Notes: generated from the letters alone by a model not told the origin. DNA of 64,000 bases from Nemertoderma westbladi (GCA_032718475.1 JAUCBJ010001839.1:27755-91754), one strand, 5' to 3'. Shown: positions 13,110 through 25,726, counted from the stretch's first letter. Made by a program: numbers and translations.

Positions 13110-13232
13110 CATCACAATTAACTCCGTCTCCAGAATAACCGGTGTGACAATTACAAGTAAATCCACCATCGTTATTGTTGCAGTCAGCGTTGGTATCGCA
13201 GTTATGGGTTCCGTCACTGCATTCATCATCGT
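13110..13232 (-). CDS. Exon T: cbEGF (type Y, copy 3); last exon visible
   Basis: Near-identical to exons O and Q; 123 bp; donor G|gtacgt, no stop, so the gene continues past position 1. Confidence 0.86.
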
Positions 13233-13288
13233 CTGAAACAGAAATATAAATTCATCAAAATATTACTCTGCATGAGAGATAGAATACA

Positions 13289-15078
13289 CGTTCGTGGGGC
13301 CTTCGCGCAGCACGAGGCCCAGTTATGAGATACAAATTAAAATTGAGCGACTGTATCACAAACTTGGTAGCACAAACTTATTTCCAATCGCACGTTCAAT
13401 ATGCGAAGCCATGTGGTTTATAGGAATATAATAAACGCAGTACTCGTCTTCATTATACAGTTATAAGCCTCGTTGAGTTCATCCTGTTTTGTATTTAAAT
13501 ATATTTCTTAAACGCAGGCTGACGATCTTTATAATAATAATAACAAGGGATGCGTTCAATATGTGAAGCCAGGTGGTTTATATAATAATAATAGTCAACG
13601 CAGTACTCGTCTTTTTGTATATAAATATCTTTCCTAAACGAAGACTGACGATCTTTATAATGCGTTCAATAGGCAAAGCCAGGTATGGTTTTGGTTTATA
13701 GGAATATAGTCTACGCAGCACTCATCCCTCATTAGCCCGAGTTATAGTGTGGCAATGTAGATGCAGTAGTTGCACCCGACCAGCCGGAAACTTGGAGCAA
13801 TAGGCCTACTGCTTGTACAATGCGTGTCAATTTCAACACCGCCGGGCACTGGGTGATGGCAGAGTGAGATAAAAAAAACTGGATTATTTCATCCTCGGTT
13901 ACGGTTAGTCCAGTTTGCCCGTAGCGGCAGCGATACCGAAAGTCGAGGTCAACAGACAGAGGCGGCCTTGGTGGTGAGTTGTTTGATTTCAATTCCAACA
14001 CTTTTCTGGGCAGCTGGGTAGGCTCTGGTAGTGGGTACCTGATCTTAGAATGCCGGTCAGCTGGTTAGTCCGCATAACTTCCATTGTTGCAGTTGCCGAG
14101 TCGATGGATGGTTGGTAGGGGTAGGCCTATTGCAGCATTGCTATTGTTGTATTGGCAGATTGGTATGTACATCTACATCTGATTATACCAGTTGCCAGTG
14201 CCGTCGGTCGTACCAATACATAGGCCTAGTCTTTAATTAACATATTTAACCGTTAACAAGAGTAGAAACCGCAAATGAAGAAATTCATTTTCTTCCGTCG
14301 CTGACAGGAGCGTAGAAATGCGGTATAGTGCTGTCGTAGTTCAGTACCGGTACTGTACCGGTAGTTCTGTAGTTGGCAGTTGCTACCAGTCCGGTTACAG
14401 TCTGACAGTAGTAGGGCGGTACGGCGCCAACGGACCCACTAATATAATTCAGGACCGCAGTCCAGCACTCCGGAGTCCGCACTGCAGTGCATAGCATAGC
14501 ATGGATAATTAGGGCCTACAGAATTAGGCCTGTCCTGTACCAGTATACGTGATCTATAATCACTGCACCGGTACCGCGGTACTAGTCAGCCAGTACCGTA
14601 AAATACCGAATACAGTATGGTATCGCAGTATTGCTGTATTGTCTTATTGCAGGATTCCTGATTCAGTTATCCTGAGTTTCCTGAGTACATTGACTGATTG
14701 AGTATAGCATATATAGTACCGGTACAGGCAATCAGGCCACAATGGTATTACTACAGTACTGTAATTTCGTAATTTGCTAGAAACCCAGCTGATTTAGTCT
14801 CCTAGCAACCTGATGTCAAGCGTTATAATTTTGGATAAATAAATTTATTATAACTGTAAGACAGTTACACTGGTGATGCACGAAGGCCCCAAGCAAATTC
14901 AACTTGGAAAATTTCTAAACTTTTGACAGACTATTTGTGTACCAAGTTTGGTTACATTTCATTGAGGATTGATCGAGTTATTAACGTTCAAAATTGAACA
15001 CCGCAAAAAAAGCGACAGAACGACAGGTTGATTAATGGTACCCCTACGCTAAGACTCACTCACTTCGTGGCTCGCCCC
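13289..15078 (-). mobile_element. Longer member of the same TGT-flanked family
   Basis: Same termini in reverse; ACA duplicated at 13286-13288 and 15079-15081; empty site agaatacattacaat at ~17001 and ~22579. Confidence 0.72.
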
Positions 15079-15130
15079 ACATTACAATTATAACAACTTA
15101 GAATTATTATAAAATAGATAACAATCTCAC

Positions 15131-15253
15131 CATCACAGTTTACTCCGTCGCCATGGTATCCGTTATTACAGTTACATTCGAAGCTTCCTACAGTGTTGGT
15201 ACAGGTCGCATCGTCATCGCAGTTATGGGAACCATCGGTACATTCATTGTCAT
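15131..15253 (-). CDS. Exon S: cbEGF (type X, copy 3)
   Basis: Near-identical to exons N and P (NTVGSF); 123 bp. Confidence 0.87.
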
Positions 15254-15405
15254 CTGTAAACAATTGAGTAGATAGTTAGGGGGTAAATCGGACTTCCTAT
15301 TAAAACATCAGCCACCAGGATGTTGTTACATGGTGATGTTGTTATAACATCTTCATTAAAAGTTTGCTCCTTCTAAATCCTATAGCCTATGCAGCCTTAC
15401 AACGA

Positions 15406-15654
15406 TCTGCAGCCGTATTTACGAAAGGTAAATAAGTGGGTAACACCTACTTTTAGTTTTGTGAATATCATTAGGTATATACCACGTGTTTACTGGCAAT
15501 CATGTCCAGTAATTACCGAGTAAACACCTCTATCAAAGACCTATGTTATTGCTTTTCGTGAATACGGCTTTGAACGAGTTGTTTGCCAGTAGGTAATACC
15601 CAGCTGGTAACTACCTAGCTGGGTAATACCTACTTTCCTGAATACGGCTTCAGA
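15406..15654. mobile_element. MITE (possibly PIF/Harbinger-like)
   Basis: Imperfect TIR tctgcagccgtatttacgaaag / ctttcctgaatacggcttcaga. Confidence 0.5.
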
Positions 15655-16502
15655 TGTCATTACTCATGTTCTAGAATGATAGCTACAGTAATAGCGTAAT
15701 ATGTTTCCCAAGTTGGTATTACTGTAATTGTATTTTATTCCCCCACCCTAGTACTACTGATGAAACCTAAAACGCCGTTGATGGCGGTATATCAACACTA
15801 TTTTCTTGCAATTCTAGGGGACTTCAATCAATCACCTCTTTGCTTCTCAGCTAAAGTACGCCTTTGGGGTAAATCAACCATGTCATATGAAGTTATATAT
15901 ATTTTTCAATATTCCATTGTTGCTAATAAACTGTTGGCACACAATTTCAGACGAAATCTAGGATCAAATCTATATCCACACAAACTACAATATTCATACA
16001 TCGCAGATAGATTTTCTATTTCACTTTCTATTTCGGAAGAAATATAAGAACCATAACAACTGTGACATCCAATGGTTCACCGTGTGGCGCTATTATTATG
16101 CAGGGACAACTTAATATCTTTCATTTTGGGGATTACCAACTTCTTATATTTCTAATGTGCTGATGTTATGCTCATTCGAACCCCAATTATCTATTTTGTT
16201 GTCATCAAAGTATAATGATAAGTTCTCGAGATTTTCCATAAAAGGTGTGTAGACATGCTCGAAACCCCAACTCCTACATCAATCCCATAACCAAAAGCAA
16301 TATCCTAAGGTATTATTTACATCGATCTTACTAAATCAGGAATGGGTCCATTCGAATCGCAATGGTCGATTTAGTGTGTGTATATTAATTATAGACACCG
16401 TTAAAACAATAAGAGCGCATACATTTATTAATTTATACGCGTCCAAAACAGGTGTAATAGCTCCGATGATACATTCTACATTGATTTATAATCTTCACCT
16501 AC

Positions 16503-16634
16503 CTCCACATCTGTGTGGATTGGTTGTTGGTGAGTATCCTGGTCTACAATCACATTCGTAGCTTCCTGGTGTGTTTCTACATTCAGTAGTCGCGTCATCA
16601 CAAGCGTCAGTACCATCGGAACATTCGTCTATAT
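16503..16634 (-). CDS. Exon R: cbEGF (132-bp class like exon J)
   Basis: cacag|AT ATA GAC GAA TGT...GGA G|gtaggt; [34 protein letters not shown]. Confidence 0.87.
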
Positions 16635-16745
16635 CTGTGAACAGATACGTTTAAATACAATGTAAGAGACTAATAAGTTATTTAATATGGAAATAAGGTG
16701 GAATTTGCACATCAATTTTCCGTGACGCTGTTGTTATACACGCAC

Positions 16746-16868
16746 CGTCACAATTAACTCCGTCTCCAGAATAACCGGTGTGACAGTTACAAGTGAATCC
16801 ACCATCGTTATTGTTGCAGTCAGCGTTGGTATCGCAGTTGTGTGTTCCGTCGCTACATTCATCATCGT
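16746..16868 (-). CDS. Exon Q: cbEGF (type Y, copy 2)
   Basis: Near-identical to exon O; 123 bp; tttcag|...G|gtgcgt. Confidence 0.87.
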
Positions 16869-17057
16869 CTGAAACAGAAATATAAATTCATCAGTTCATA
16901 TATTATTTATTTTTTTTATTTTTCTTTCTTTTTTTTTTTTTATTATTTATTTATTATATTATCATATCAATTCATATAAATATTATTCTGCATGAGAGAT
17001 AGAATACATTACAATTATAACAATTTACAATTATTATAAAATACATAACAATCTCAC

Positions 17058-17180
17058 CATCACAGTTTACTCCGTCGCCATGGTATCCGTTATTACAGTT
17101 ACATTCGAAGCTTCCTGGAGTGTTGGTACAGGTCGCATCGTCATCGCAGTTATGGGAACCATCGGTACATTCATCGTCAT
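17058..17180 (-). CDS. Exon P: cbEGF (type X, copy 2)
   Basis: Near-identical to exon N; 123 bp; AG/GT intact. Confidence 0.87.
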
Positions 17181-17219
17181 CTGTAAACAATTCAGTAGAT
17201 AGTTAGTCGTGTACGGTAC

Positions 17220-19172
17220 TGTGTTCCAATAGTTGCGAATTTTTGTTCAACTAGTTGCGCACTTTTTTCCAATAGTTGCGAACTTTGTTCCAATATTTGC
17301 GAACTTTTGTTCCAATAGTTGCGAACTTTGGTCCAATAGTTGCGAACTTTGGTCCAATAGTTGCGAACTTTGGTCCAATAGTTGCGAACTTTTTTCCCAT
17401 AGTTGCGAACCTTGTTCCAATATTTGCGAACTTTGTTCCAATAGTTGCGAACTTTGTTCCAATAGTTGCAACTTTGTTCCAATAGTTGCGAACTTTGTTC
17501 CAATATTTGCGAACTTTGTTCCAATAGTTGGGAGCCTTTTTCCAATAGTTGCGAACTTTGTTCCAATATTTGCGAACTTTGTTCCAATAGTTGTGAACTT
17601 TGTTTCAATAGTTGCGAACTTTGTTCCAATAGTTGCGAACTTTGTTCCAATAGTTGCAACTTTGTTCCAATAGTTGCGAACTTTGTTCCAATATTTGCGA
17701 ACTTTGTTCCAATAGTTGGGAGCCTTTTTCCAATAGTTGCGAACTTTGTTCCAATATTTGCGAACTTTGTTCCAATAGTTGTGAACTTTGTTCCAATAGT
17801 TGCGAACTTTGTTCCAATAGTTGCGAACTTTGTTCCAATATTTGCGAACTTTGTTCCAATAGTTGTGAACTTTGTTTCAATAGTTGCGAACTTTGTTAAC
17901 GTAGTTGCGAACTTTGTTCCAATATTTGCGAACTTTGTTCCAATATTTGCGAACTTTGTTCCAATAGTTGGGAGCCTTTTTCCAATAGTTGCGAACTTTG
18001 TTCCAATATTTGCGAACTTTGTTCCAATAGTTGCGAACTTTGTTCCAATAGTTGCAACTTTGTTCCAATAGTTGCGAACTTTGTTCCAATATTTGCGAAC
18101 TTTGTTCCAATAGTTGGGAGCCTTTTTCCAATAGTTGCGAACTTTGTTCCAATATTTGCGAACTTTGTTCCAATAGTTGTGAACTTTTTCCAATAGTTGC
18201 GAACTTTGTTCCAATAGTTGCGAACTTTGTTCCAATATTTGCGAACTTTGTTCCAATAGTTGTGAACTTTGTTTCAATAGTTGCGAACTTTGTTAACGTA
18301 GTTGCGAACTTTGTTCCAATATTTGCGAACTTTGTTCCAATATTTGCGAACTTTGTTCCAATAGTTGGGAGCCTTTTTCCAATAGTTGCGAACTTTGTTC
18401 CAATATTTGCGAACTTTGTTCCAATAGTTGTGAACTTTTTCCAATAGTTGCGAACTTTGTTCCAATAGTTGTGAACTTTGTTCCAATAGTTGCGAACTTT
18501 GTTCCAATAGTTGCGAACTTTGTTCCAATATTTGCGAACTTTGTTCCAATAGTTGTGAACTTTGTTTCAATAGTTGCGAACTTTGTTAACGTAGTTGCGA
18601 ACTTTGTTCCAATATTTGCGAACTTTGTTCCAATATTTGCGAACTTTGTTCCAATAGTTGGGAGCCTTTTTCCAATAGTTGCGAACTTTGTTCCAATATT
18701 TGCGAACTTTGTTCCAATAGTTGCGAACTTTGTTCCAATAGTTGCAACTTTGTTCCAATAGTTGCGAACTTTGTTCCAATATTTGCGAACTTTGTTCCAA
18801 TAGTGGGGAGCCTTTTTCAAATAGTTGCGAACTTTGTTCCAATATTTGCGAACTTTGTTCCAATAGTTGTGAACTTTTTCCAATAGTTGCGAACTTTGTT
18901 CCAATAGTTGCGAACTTTGTTCCAATATTTGCGAACTTTGTTCCAATAGTTGTGAACTTTGTTTCAATAGTTGCGAACTTTGTTAACGTAGTTGCGAACT
19001 TTGTTCCAATATTTGCGAACTTTGTTCCAATATTTGCGAACTTTGTTCCAATAGTTGGGAGCCTTTTTCCAATAGTTGCGAACTTTGTTCCAATATTTGC
19101 GAACTTTGTTCCAATAGTTGCGAACTTTGTTAATGTAGTTGCGAACTTTGTTCATGTAGTTGTGAACTTTGT
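17220..19172. repeat. 21-bp satellite A, array 2
   Basis: Same monomer, ~690-bp higher-order period, same right-flank sequence as arrays 1 and 3. Confidence 0.96.
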
Positions 19173-20180
19173 TGGAAAGACCCCCAAACCCCAACCTGGT
19201 TTTCGAATGAGCATCATATCGACATAATAACAACATAATACGATTAGGAATTGAATCTAATATATACAAACTATTTCCTTCAGTGGTGTAGTCGGCACTT
19301 TAGAATACAGTGCGATGTGAGACGCACGAGGCGAGATCCGAGACGTATAGTGTAGATGGCCTAATAAGGGTGATGATGGATGATGCTCTTTATAAGAGAA
19401 TAGAGAAGTTTTGTCCTTATAACCTTATCATTCCTTTATCACACAGATGAAGTCTGAAAGCACCTCTTTGGAAATTGCTACACTCTGCCGGCATCTTTAC
19501 TAATGAAGAAAAGACATCCACTATGTTGATTACTGGTCAGTCTGCTTAACTGGCCAATTAGCACAGATGTGTTTCTTCTAAAAGTACCGAACTACTTCCT
19601 GATGCCCAACACTTTATTATTATCTGTTTATTTATTTCAATTGCGCCTCTCGGCATAAAATAATGTACTGAACTAATGTAAAATAAATAAATACGATTAA
19701 TGTATGTAAAATGTATTTAGTAGTAATTTAAAATATGATAAATTAGTTTGGGACTAGTGTAAAATTGGAGTGAGTTTAATATTGGGTCGCATCAATCAGT
19801 CGAAGCTGTCGAGAAAACTCAGACCATGAGGTTTTATTATTTATTTATTTATTAACGTAAAACCAGTTAGACTGGCGCGATGTCAAGTTAAAATGGGTAT
19901 GTCCCCTAAATGCATCAAAAGTAAAATATTCCTGACATTAAATAAATCAACCCACATATGCTTATTCACATTATAAAGGCTGGGTCTAACAGAGATGAAA
20001 GATAATTATTGAGATCGCATTATAAGACACTATTGCATATATTGAATAGCAGGACTGGTTGGTCATGTAACGTTGAAGTACTGCCGAATACGACATATGC
20101 TTTTCCGTGAAGGAAATTGATGGCGTTCTGTAACAGTTTGTTATAAAACAGGACGACGCAGTATCGGACGCAGTAGGTTT

Positions 20181-20694
20181 TTTTCTCTAGCGGTAGGACT
20201 GTATATTAAATTAAGCTTAACAGGGTCACATTATGACAATTGACAATAACAATAACAATTCGGACAGATAAGGCCCTATATCCAGCTTAGTTATTATATC
20301 AGATTAGAGTTGCTAGGAGTGACAGTTGTAAATATATGGTAAACAATAAACTTTATAAAATAAAAATATACTAGACCGACGGGCGCGCTGACTCACAACC
20401 CAAGCCACAAAATAGAAGGCACATCAATAAACATAAAATAAAATAATAATAATAATAATATAATGTAGCAACATACAGTGAAATTTAATTTACATTACCA
20501 AATGAGTCTATTTAATTAGCTAACAAAGACAGTTGAAGGGAAAAGGTATATATGCAAGCATAGTAAGTGAATATTTTGGGCTAAAGTTTTTGTTTTATTA
20601 TGAAAGTAACCGAAAACGCTGAGTGGAGACAATAAAGGTGTTTAGAAGGGAGAAATATTTGTTGTAATCGGTCGCAGATATACCTTGTCCCTCG
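20181..20694 (-). mobile_element. Short insertion, probably a 5'-truncated LINE 3' end
   Basis: 9-bp TSD agtaggttt (20172-20180, 20695-20703), T-run at the left end, absent in the paralog at ~7275. Confidence 0.6.
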
Positions 20695-22085
20695 AGTAGG
20701 TTTGCACCGATCCAATCTATATACCATGTTCTTTTTATGATATTTGGAGGTATGTAGAGACATCAGGGACGGAAAAGGAAAGTCACGATTAGCCCGACTG
20801 TATGGACTACCGATTCCCTTATACTCAATGATATCCTTATTAAACTCAAGCAATGTATGGAGAATATTGTGCAGTGGGGAGTTGGGACAGTCATTTATAC
20901 GCATAATTGTGCCGAGAGCTAGTTTCAAAGCTTCGAGAAAGAATTGCAGTTGAAAATGTTGTTAATAACTGAGTTGTTTGCGTATGATCCCACACTCAAT
21001 AACCCCCGTAGATGTTATCGATATGAACGTCCAACTTCTCAATTTCGTTGCTATTCAGGGACCCTATATAAAATCGTGCACTATAAAGCATGCCTGGAAG
21101 GGCTACACAGTTCCAAAGAATTGACAAAGTACTCGCATCTAATCGATGAATTGTCCACCTCCTCCTGTGGAAACTGTCAGCAATCAATGGCGCTGATGCA
21201 CCGAATACATTTTTCAAATCCATCATGATTATTGTATCAACTTTTTTTTAAATTGCGACAATTAAATATATATAAAATATATATAGATAAATTGCGATTT
21301 TATCAACTTACTTTCAGAGGGATATAGGAGCCGTTAATTTTAATAAAAAAATGTTGGATGCGGTGAGGTGGACGTACTGTATGTATCCAGTTGGACTTCC
21401 ATGTTTAATTTAGGGTGGGGGGGGGGGGGGGGGGGGGACTGCGAATGGACTGGCATGGACTGCGAAACCAAGTCCTTCAATTGAGTCATCAAACTTGAGA
21501 TTTCCACAGTTTTACAGTAATAATCAAGCAGGGTTAAACAATCACATGGATTGAGTCGACCACTAAGTTTCCTAAAATCTACCATTAATTTTCACTCATC
21601 AAGCTGTGTCTTAGTCGAGCAACCAGTTTTTTCGCTTCTTTAAAGAGCTTGTGCTTGTATATCTTTGTGTCTTCCTGTTTTTCGTCCTGCCACATCTGAT
21701 AGAGCTTTTTGGACGTATTTACTCTCTGCCTTAATTGTGATGATTGTGTCCATGGTTTTCGTCGGTTTTTGGACAGATGAGTGGGCATGAAGGTTGGGAT
21801 ATGTTTCTCTGCTGCCCTCATTAACAAACATTCCAGGCCATCGGAGTATTCGTTGAGCGACTTCGCAATAACATTAGCTCCAATTTCCCCGTATCTGTTG
21901 TTGAAATTATCGAGTTCTTGGTCTACCTCAGCTTTATAAAAGCGTCTAGAGACAGGCTCGTGGCCCTATTCCAAGCGAATTTATTTTGTCGCAGTGCTGG
22001 TTTCTTCACCTCGTTAATATTATCTTTGCGTTCACCCATTTTGATGCTAATTCTTGCAGTTATTAGTGTATGATCTGAGAAATTG
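20695..22085 (-). mobile_element. Paralogous LINE fragment retaining the endonuclease end
   Basis: SDHTLIT motif near 22075, AAEKHIP..RKPW linker; shares 20700-21185 and 21455-21750 with the 7.2-8.2-kb copy. Confidence 0.72.
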
Positions 22086-22407
22086 TTCACATTATCCATC
22101 TGTACGACAATCCCAGATATGTGAGAGGATAATACGTAGTGTAAATTGTGATTAAGTAGCGTAAAAGTGCAAAATATGATGTATGGAAATGAATAGAGAT
22201 ATTATATGATTGTTACAGTCAAGGTGATATCATTATTAAACGTTTTCAATGTGCTACTGATGTACACAAGACAAATATGAAATTAGTTATGATATAGTGA
22301 AATATTGGAATGCAGGTATTTAGACTATTAAAATTGTTTAAATATAACGGGAGTGAACCTGAGCAAATAAATAAATATACGCCGTGATGCTGTTGTTATA
22401 CACGTAC

Positions 22408-22530
22408 CGTCACAATTAACTCCGTCTCCAGAATAACCGGTGTGACAGTTACAAGTGAATCCACCATCGTTATTGTTGCAGTCAGCGTTGGTATCGCAGT
22501 TATGGGTTCCGTCGCTACATTCATCATCGT
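22408..22530 (-). CDS. Exon O: cbEGF (type Y, copy 1)
   Basis: tttcag|AC GAT GAT GAA TGT...GAC G|gtacgt; 123 bp; DDDECSDGTHNCDTNADCNNNDGGFTCNCHTGYSGDGVNCD. Confidence 0.88.
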
Positions 22531-22635
22531 CTGAAACAGAAATATAAATTCATTAAAATATTATTCTGCTTGAGAGATAGAATACATTACAATTATAACA
22601 ACTTACAATTATTATAAAATACATAACAATCTCAC

Positions 22636-22758
22636 CATCACAGTTTACTCCGTCGCCATGGTAGCCGTTATTACAGTTACATTCGAAGCTTCCTGGAGTG
22701 TTGGTACAGGTCGCATCGTCATCGCAGTTATGGGAACCATCGGTACATTCATTGTCAT
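22636..22758 (-). CDS. Exon N: cbEGF (type X, copy 1)
   Basis: tttacag|AT GAC AAT GAA TGT...GAT G|gtgaga; 123 bp; [41 protein letters not shown]. Confidence 0.88.
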
Positions 22759-22768
22759 CTGTAAACAA

Positions 22769-23760
22769 TGAGTAGATAGTTAGTCGTGTACGGTACTGTG
22801 TTCCAATAGTTGCGAACTTTTGTTCAAATAGTTGCGAACCTTTGTTCAACTAGTTGCGCACTTTTTTCCAATAGTTGCGAACTTTGTTCCATTATTTGCG
22901 AACTTTTGTTCCAATAGTTGCGAACTTTGTTCCAATAGATGCGAACTTTGTTCCAATATTTGCGAACTTTTGTTCCAATAGTTGCGAACTTTGTTCCAAT
23001 AGTTGCGAACTTTTGTTCCAATAGTTGCAACTTTGTTCCAATAGTTGTGAACTTTGTTCCAATATTTGCGAACTTTGTTCCAATAGTTGCGAACTTTGTT
23101 AATGTAGTTGCGAACTTTGTTCATGTAGTTGTGAACTTTGTTGGAAAGTTCCCCAAACCCCAACCTGGTTTTCGAATGAGCACCATATCGTCATAATAAC
23201 AACATAATACGATTAGGAATTGAATCTCATATATACAAACTATTTCCTTCAGTGGTGTAGTCGGCACTTTAGAATACAGTGCGATGTGAGACGCACGAGG
23301 CGAGATCCGAGACGTATAGTGTAGATAGGCCTAATAAGGTGATGATGGATCGCTCTTTATAGAGAATAGAGAAGTTTTGTCCTTATAACCTTATCATTCC
23401 TTTATCACACAGATGAAGTCTGAAAGTACCTATTTGGAAATTTCTACACTCTGCCGGCATCTTTACTAATTAAGAAAAAACATCCACTATGTTGATTACT
23501 GGTCAGTCTGTTTAACTGGCCAATTAGCACAGATGTGTTTCTTCTAAAAGTACCGAACTACTTCCTGGTGCCCAACACTTTATTATATCTGTTTATTTAT
23601 TTCGATTGCGTCTCTCGGCATAAAATAATGTACTGAACTAATGTAAAATAAATAAATACGATTAATGTATGTAAAATGTATTTAGTAGTAATTTAAAATA
23701 TGATAAATTAGTTTGGGAATAGTTTAAAATTGGAGTGAGTTTAATATTGCGACGCATCAA
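22769..23760. mobile_element. Satellite-A-bearing insertion flanked by a 20-bp direct repeat
   Basis: tcattgtcatctgtaaacaa at 22749-22768 and 23761-23780; its ~600-bp unique part recurs at ~4423-5030 and ~19175-19800. Confidence 0.6.
22799..23145. repeat. 21-bp satellite A, array 3 (short)
   Basis: Same monomer and flanks as array 2. Confidence 0.95.
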
Positions 23761-23968
23761 TCATTGTCATCTGTAAACAAATTATTCGGACATTACGTAA
23801 TGTTGTTATGTGTTACAATAACCATTAGTACTACAGACTTTTAGTACAATTTATATAGTTTATAAAGTTCTATGAATATATCGGCTGATACTATAAAACA
23901 TATATATAATACAGTGCTATGTTTGGCGGACTATAATACAGTGCTTAAAGATACATTTTATCACGCAC

Positions 23969-24091
23969 CATCACAAGTGACACCATCTCCATGGTAACCT
24001 TCATTACAAGAACAACTAAAACCGCCATCGTAGTTGCTGCAAGAGGCGTTAGTGTCACAATTATGGGAGCCGTCGGAGCACTCATCGTCGT
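23969..24091 (-). CDS. Exon M: cbEGF
   Basis: ttgcag|AC GAC GAT GAG TGC...GAT G|gtgcgt; 123 bp, phase 1-1. Confidence 0.87.
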
Positions 24092-24275
24092 CTGCAAAAT
24101 CAAAACAAATCTTATGAAATATTGTCTTCAGCTGTTTGTCTTCTCAACACTTTCCTCGAATTTGTTATTCTACCCCTTTAGAAGTGCTTATATAACTCTT
24201 TTAATCTCATTGTGTTATATGGGGTTAAAGCTCATGGACTACGATCACCCTATTTAACTTTTAAAGAAAATGCCA

Positions 24276-24703
24276 CAGGGTTGCCACTCCTTTCAGTTTC
24301 AATTTTCTCAGACATTACCCAGACATTTTTAAGAACCCTGACTGCAGGTACGGTACACTACCATTTTATCGAATTATATCGGTCGCTTTATCTTATTCAT
24401 GACCGCAGTATTATATTCCAACAAATGTTTCATAATAATTAGCGAGTATTTTAATCTTTATCGGCAAACTACCACAACAGACCAAACACGCCTAAAGAAG
24501 GGAACGAAGTGCATCTCTTATATATTATATTAGTGATGTGGGAAATAAAACGGCGAGATGAAGCGAGTAGATAACATTTTGATACATTCTCACTTATGGC
24601 ATTTCCTTGATTTATCCATTAAGAATCCCTGACAGTTCAAGAAAATATATAATTCCCTGACTATTCCAGATTTTCCAGGAATTCCAGGTGAGTGGCAACT
24701 CTG
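24276..24703. mobile_element. MITE with CAGGGTTGCCACTC TIRs and 5-bp TSD
   Basis: TIR 13/14 match; TGCCA at 24271-24275 and 24704-24708. Confidence 0.75.
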
Positions 24704-25006
24704 TGCCACTTTATAGAGGTAGGTTTAGTTGTTGTAGGAAAGAGGGACCTTCAACAAATAATACAATTATTATATTATATTATCTCTGATAGCCAATCTT
24801 GAGATGTTCGAACCCAGTTCCGTTTACAGCCAGCTTACTACAATTTCTAAAATGTTGTTTATATATTTATTAAATTTTTTTATGTTAGTCGATATTGTTT
24901 ATCATTGTCATTACGAAGGGTTTGACAATTCTAAAAGACCTATTGTACGTAAAATAAGCTAAAAATATTTATGCGAAAAAGACAAAATTTCTCAAATATT
25001 TCATAC

Positions 25007-25162
25007 CGTCACAAACATCCCCGGGGCCAGAATATCCGTCTTGACACTCGCAATGGAAGGCACCCGGTCCGTCGTTAATGCAATCAGCGTTCTCGTCACA
25101 GTTATGTGATCCATCATTACAGGGATTGGTGGGGTCGCAGGTGACTCCATCGCCTACGTAAC
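25007..25162 (-). CDS. Exon L: EGF end plus EGF
   Basis: gctag|GT TAC GTA GGC...GAC G|gtatga; 156 bp; GYVGDGVTCDPTNPCNDGSHNC..FHCECQDGY. Confidence 0.86.
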
Positions 25163-25324
25163 CTAGCAATAGAAACAAATGCGTTACCCATAGCAACACA
25201 GGATCCTAACAACGGAAATACAAAATAATTGGTGCCCGTCGTTTGACACATAAGTAAATTAACAAAGTATAACTATAGCCACAAACTGTAATCAAATAAC
25301 TAAAATTATGGACTACTCACTAAC

Positions 25325-25417
25325 CAGGGAGACAGGTGCATTCGAATGATCCAAATGTGTTCGTACAACGAGCGTTTTCACCACAATTGTGATCACCATT
25401 AGTACATTCGTTGTCAT
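25325..25417 (-). CDS. Exon K: cbEGF first part
   Basis: aacag|AT GAC AAC GAA TGT...CCT G|gttagt; 93 bp; [31 protein letters not shown]. Confidence 0.85.
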
Positions 25418-25594
25418 CTGTTAAAAATAAATAAAATGGTTGAGAAACATTAGGTATTATAAATTTGGCATTAAGGGATTTGGCATTAAGGGATCACGGC
25501 ATTTCGGTCTATATAATTAGGCTACCATGTCTACTGTATATTGAAGAAGTGTAAACGTGACAACCATATATGGCATGGAACATCCGCCACTAAC

Positions 25595-25726
25595 CGTTAC
25601 AGAAGTGTGGGTTACCGCTGGGATGGAATCCTTCTAGACAGGTGCATTCGTAGCTGCCGATTGTGTTGGTGCACTCTGTAGTGGTTTCATCGCAGTTTGC
25701 CCGCCCAAGTTCGCACTCATCCACGT
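25595..25726 (-). CDS. Exon J: cbEGF
   Basis: tgtag|AC GTG GAT GAG TGC...AAC G|gttagt; 132 bp; DVDECELGRANC..ECTNTIGSYECTCLEGF. Confidence 0.88.

Noticed and set aside
21417-21438. Poly-G tracts (also ~51266-51288; poly-C 6660-6675)
   Set aside because: Simple homopolymers of unreliable length with no further structure
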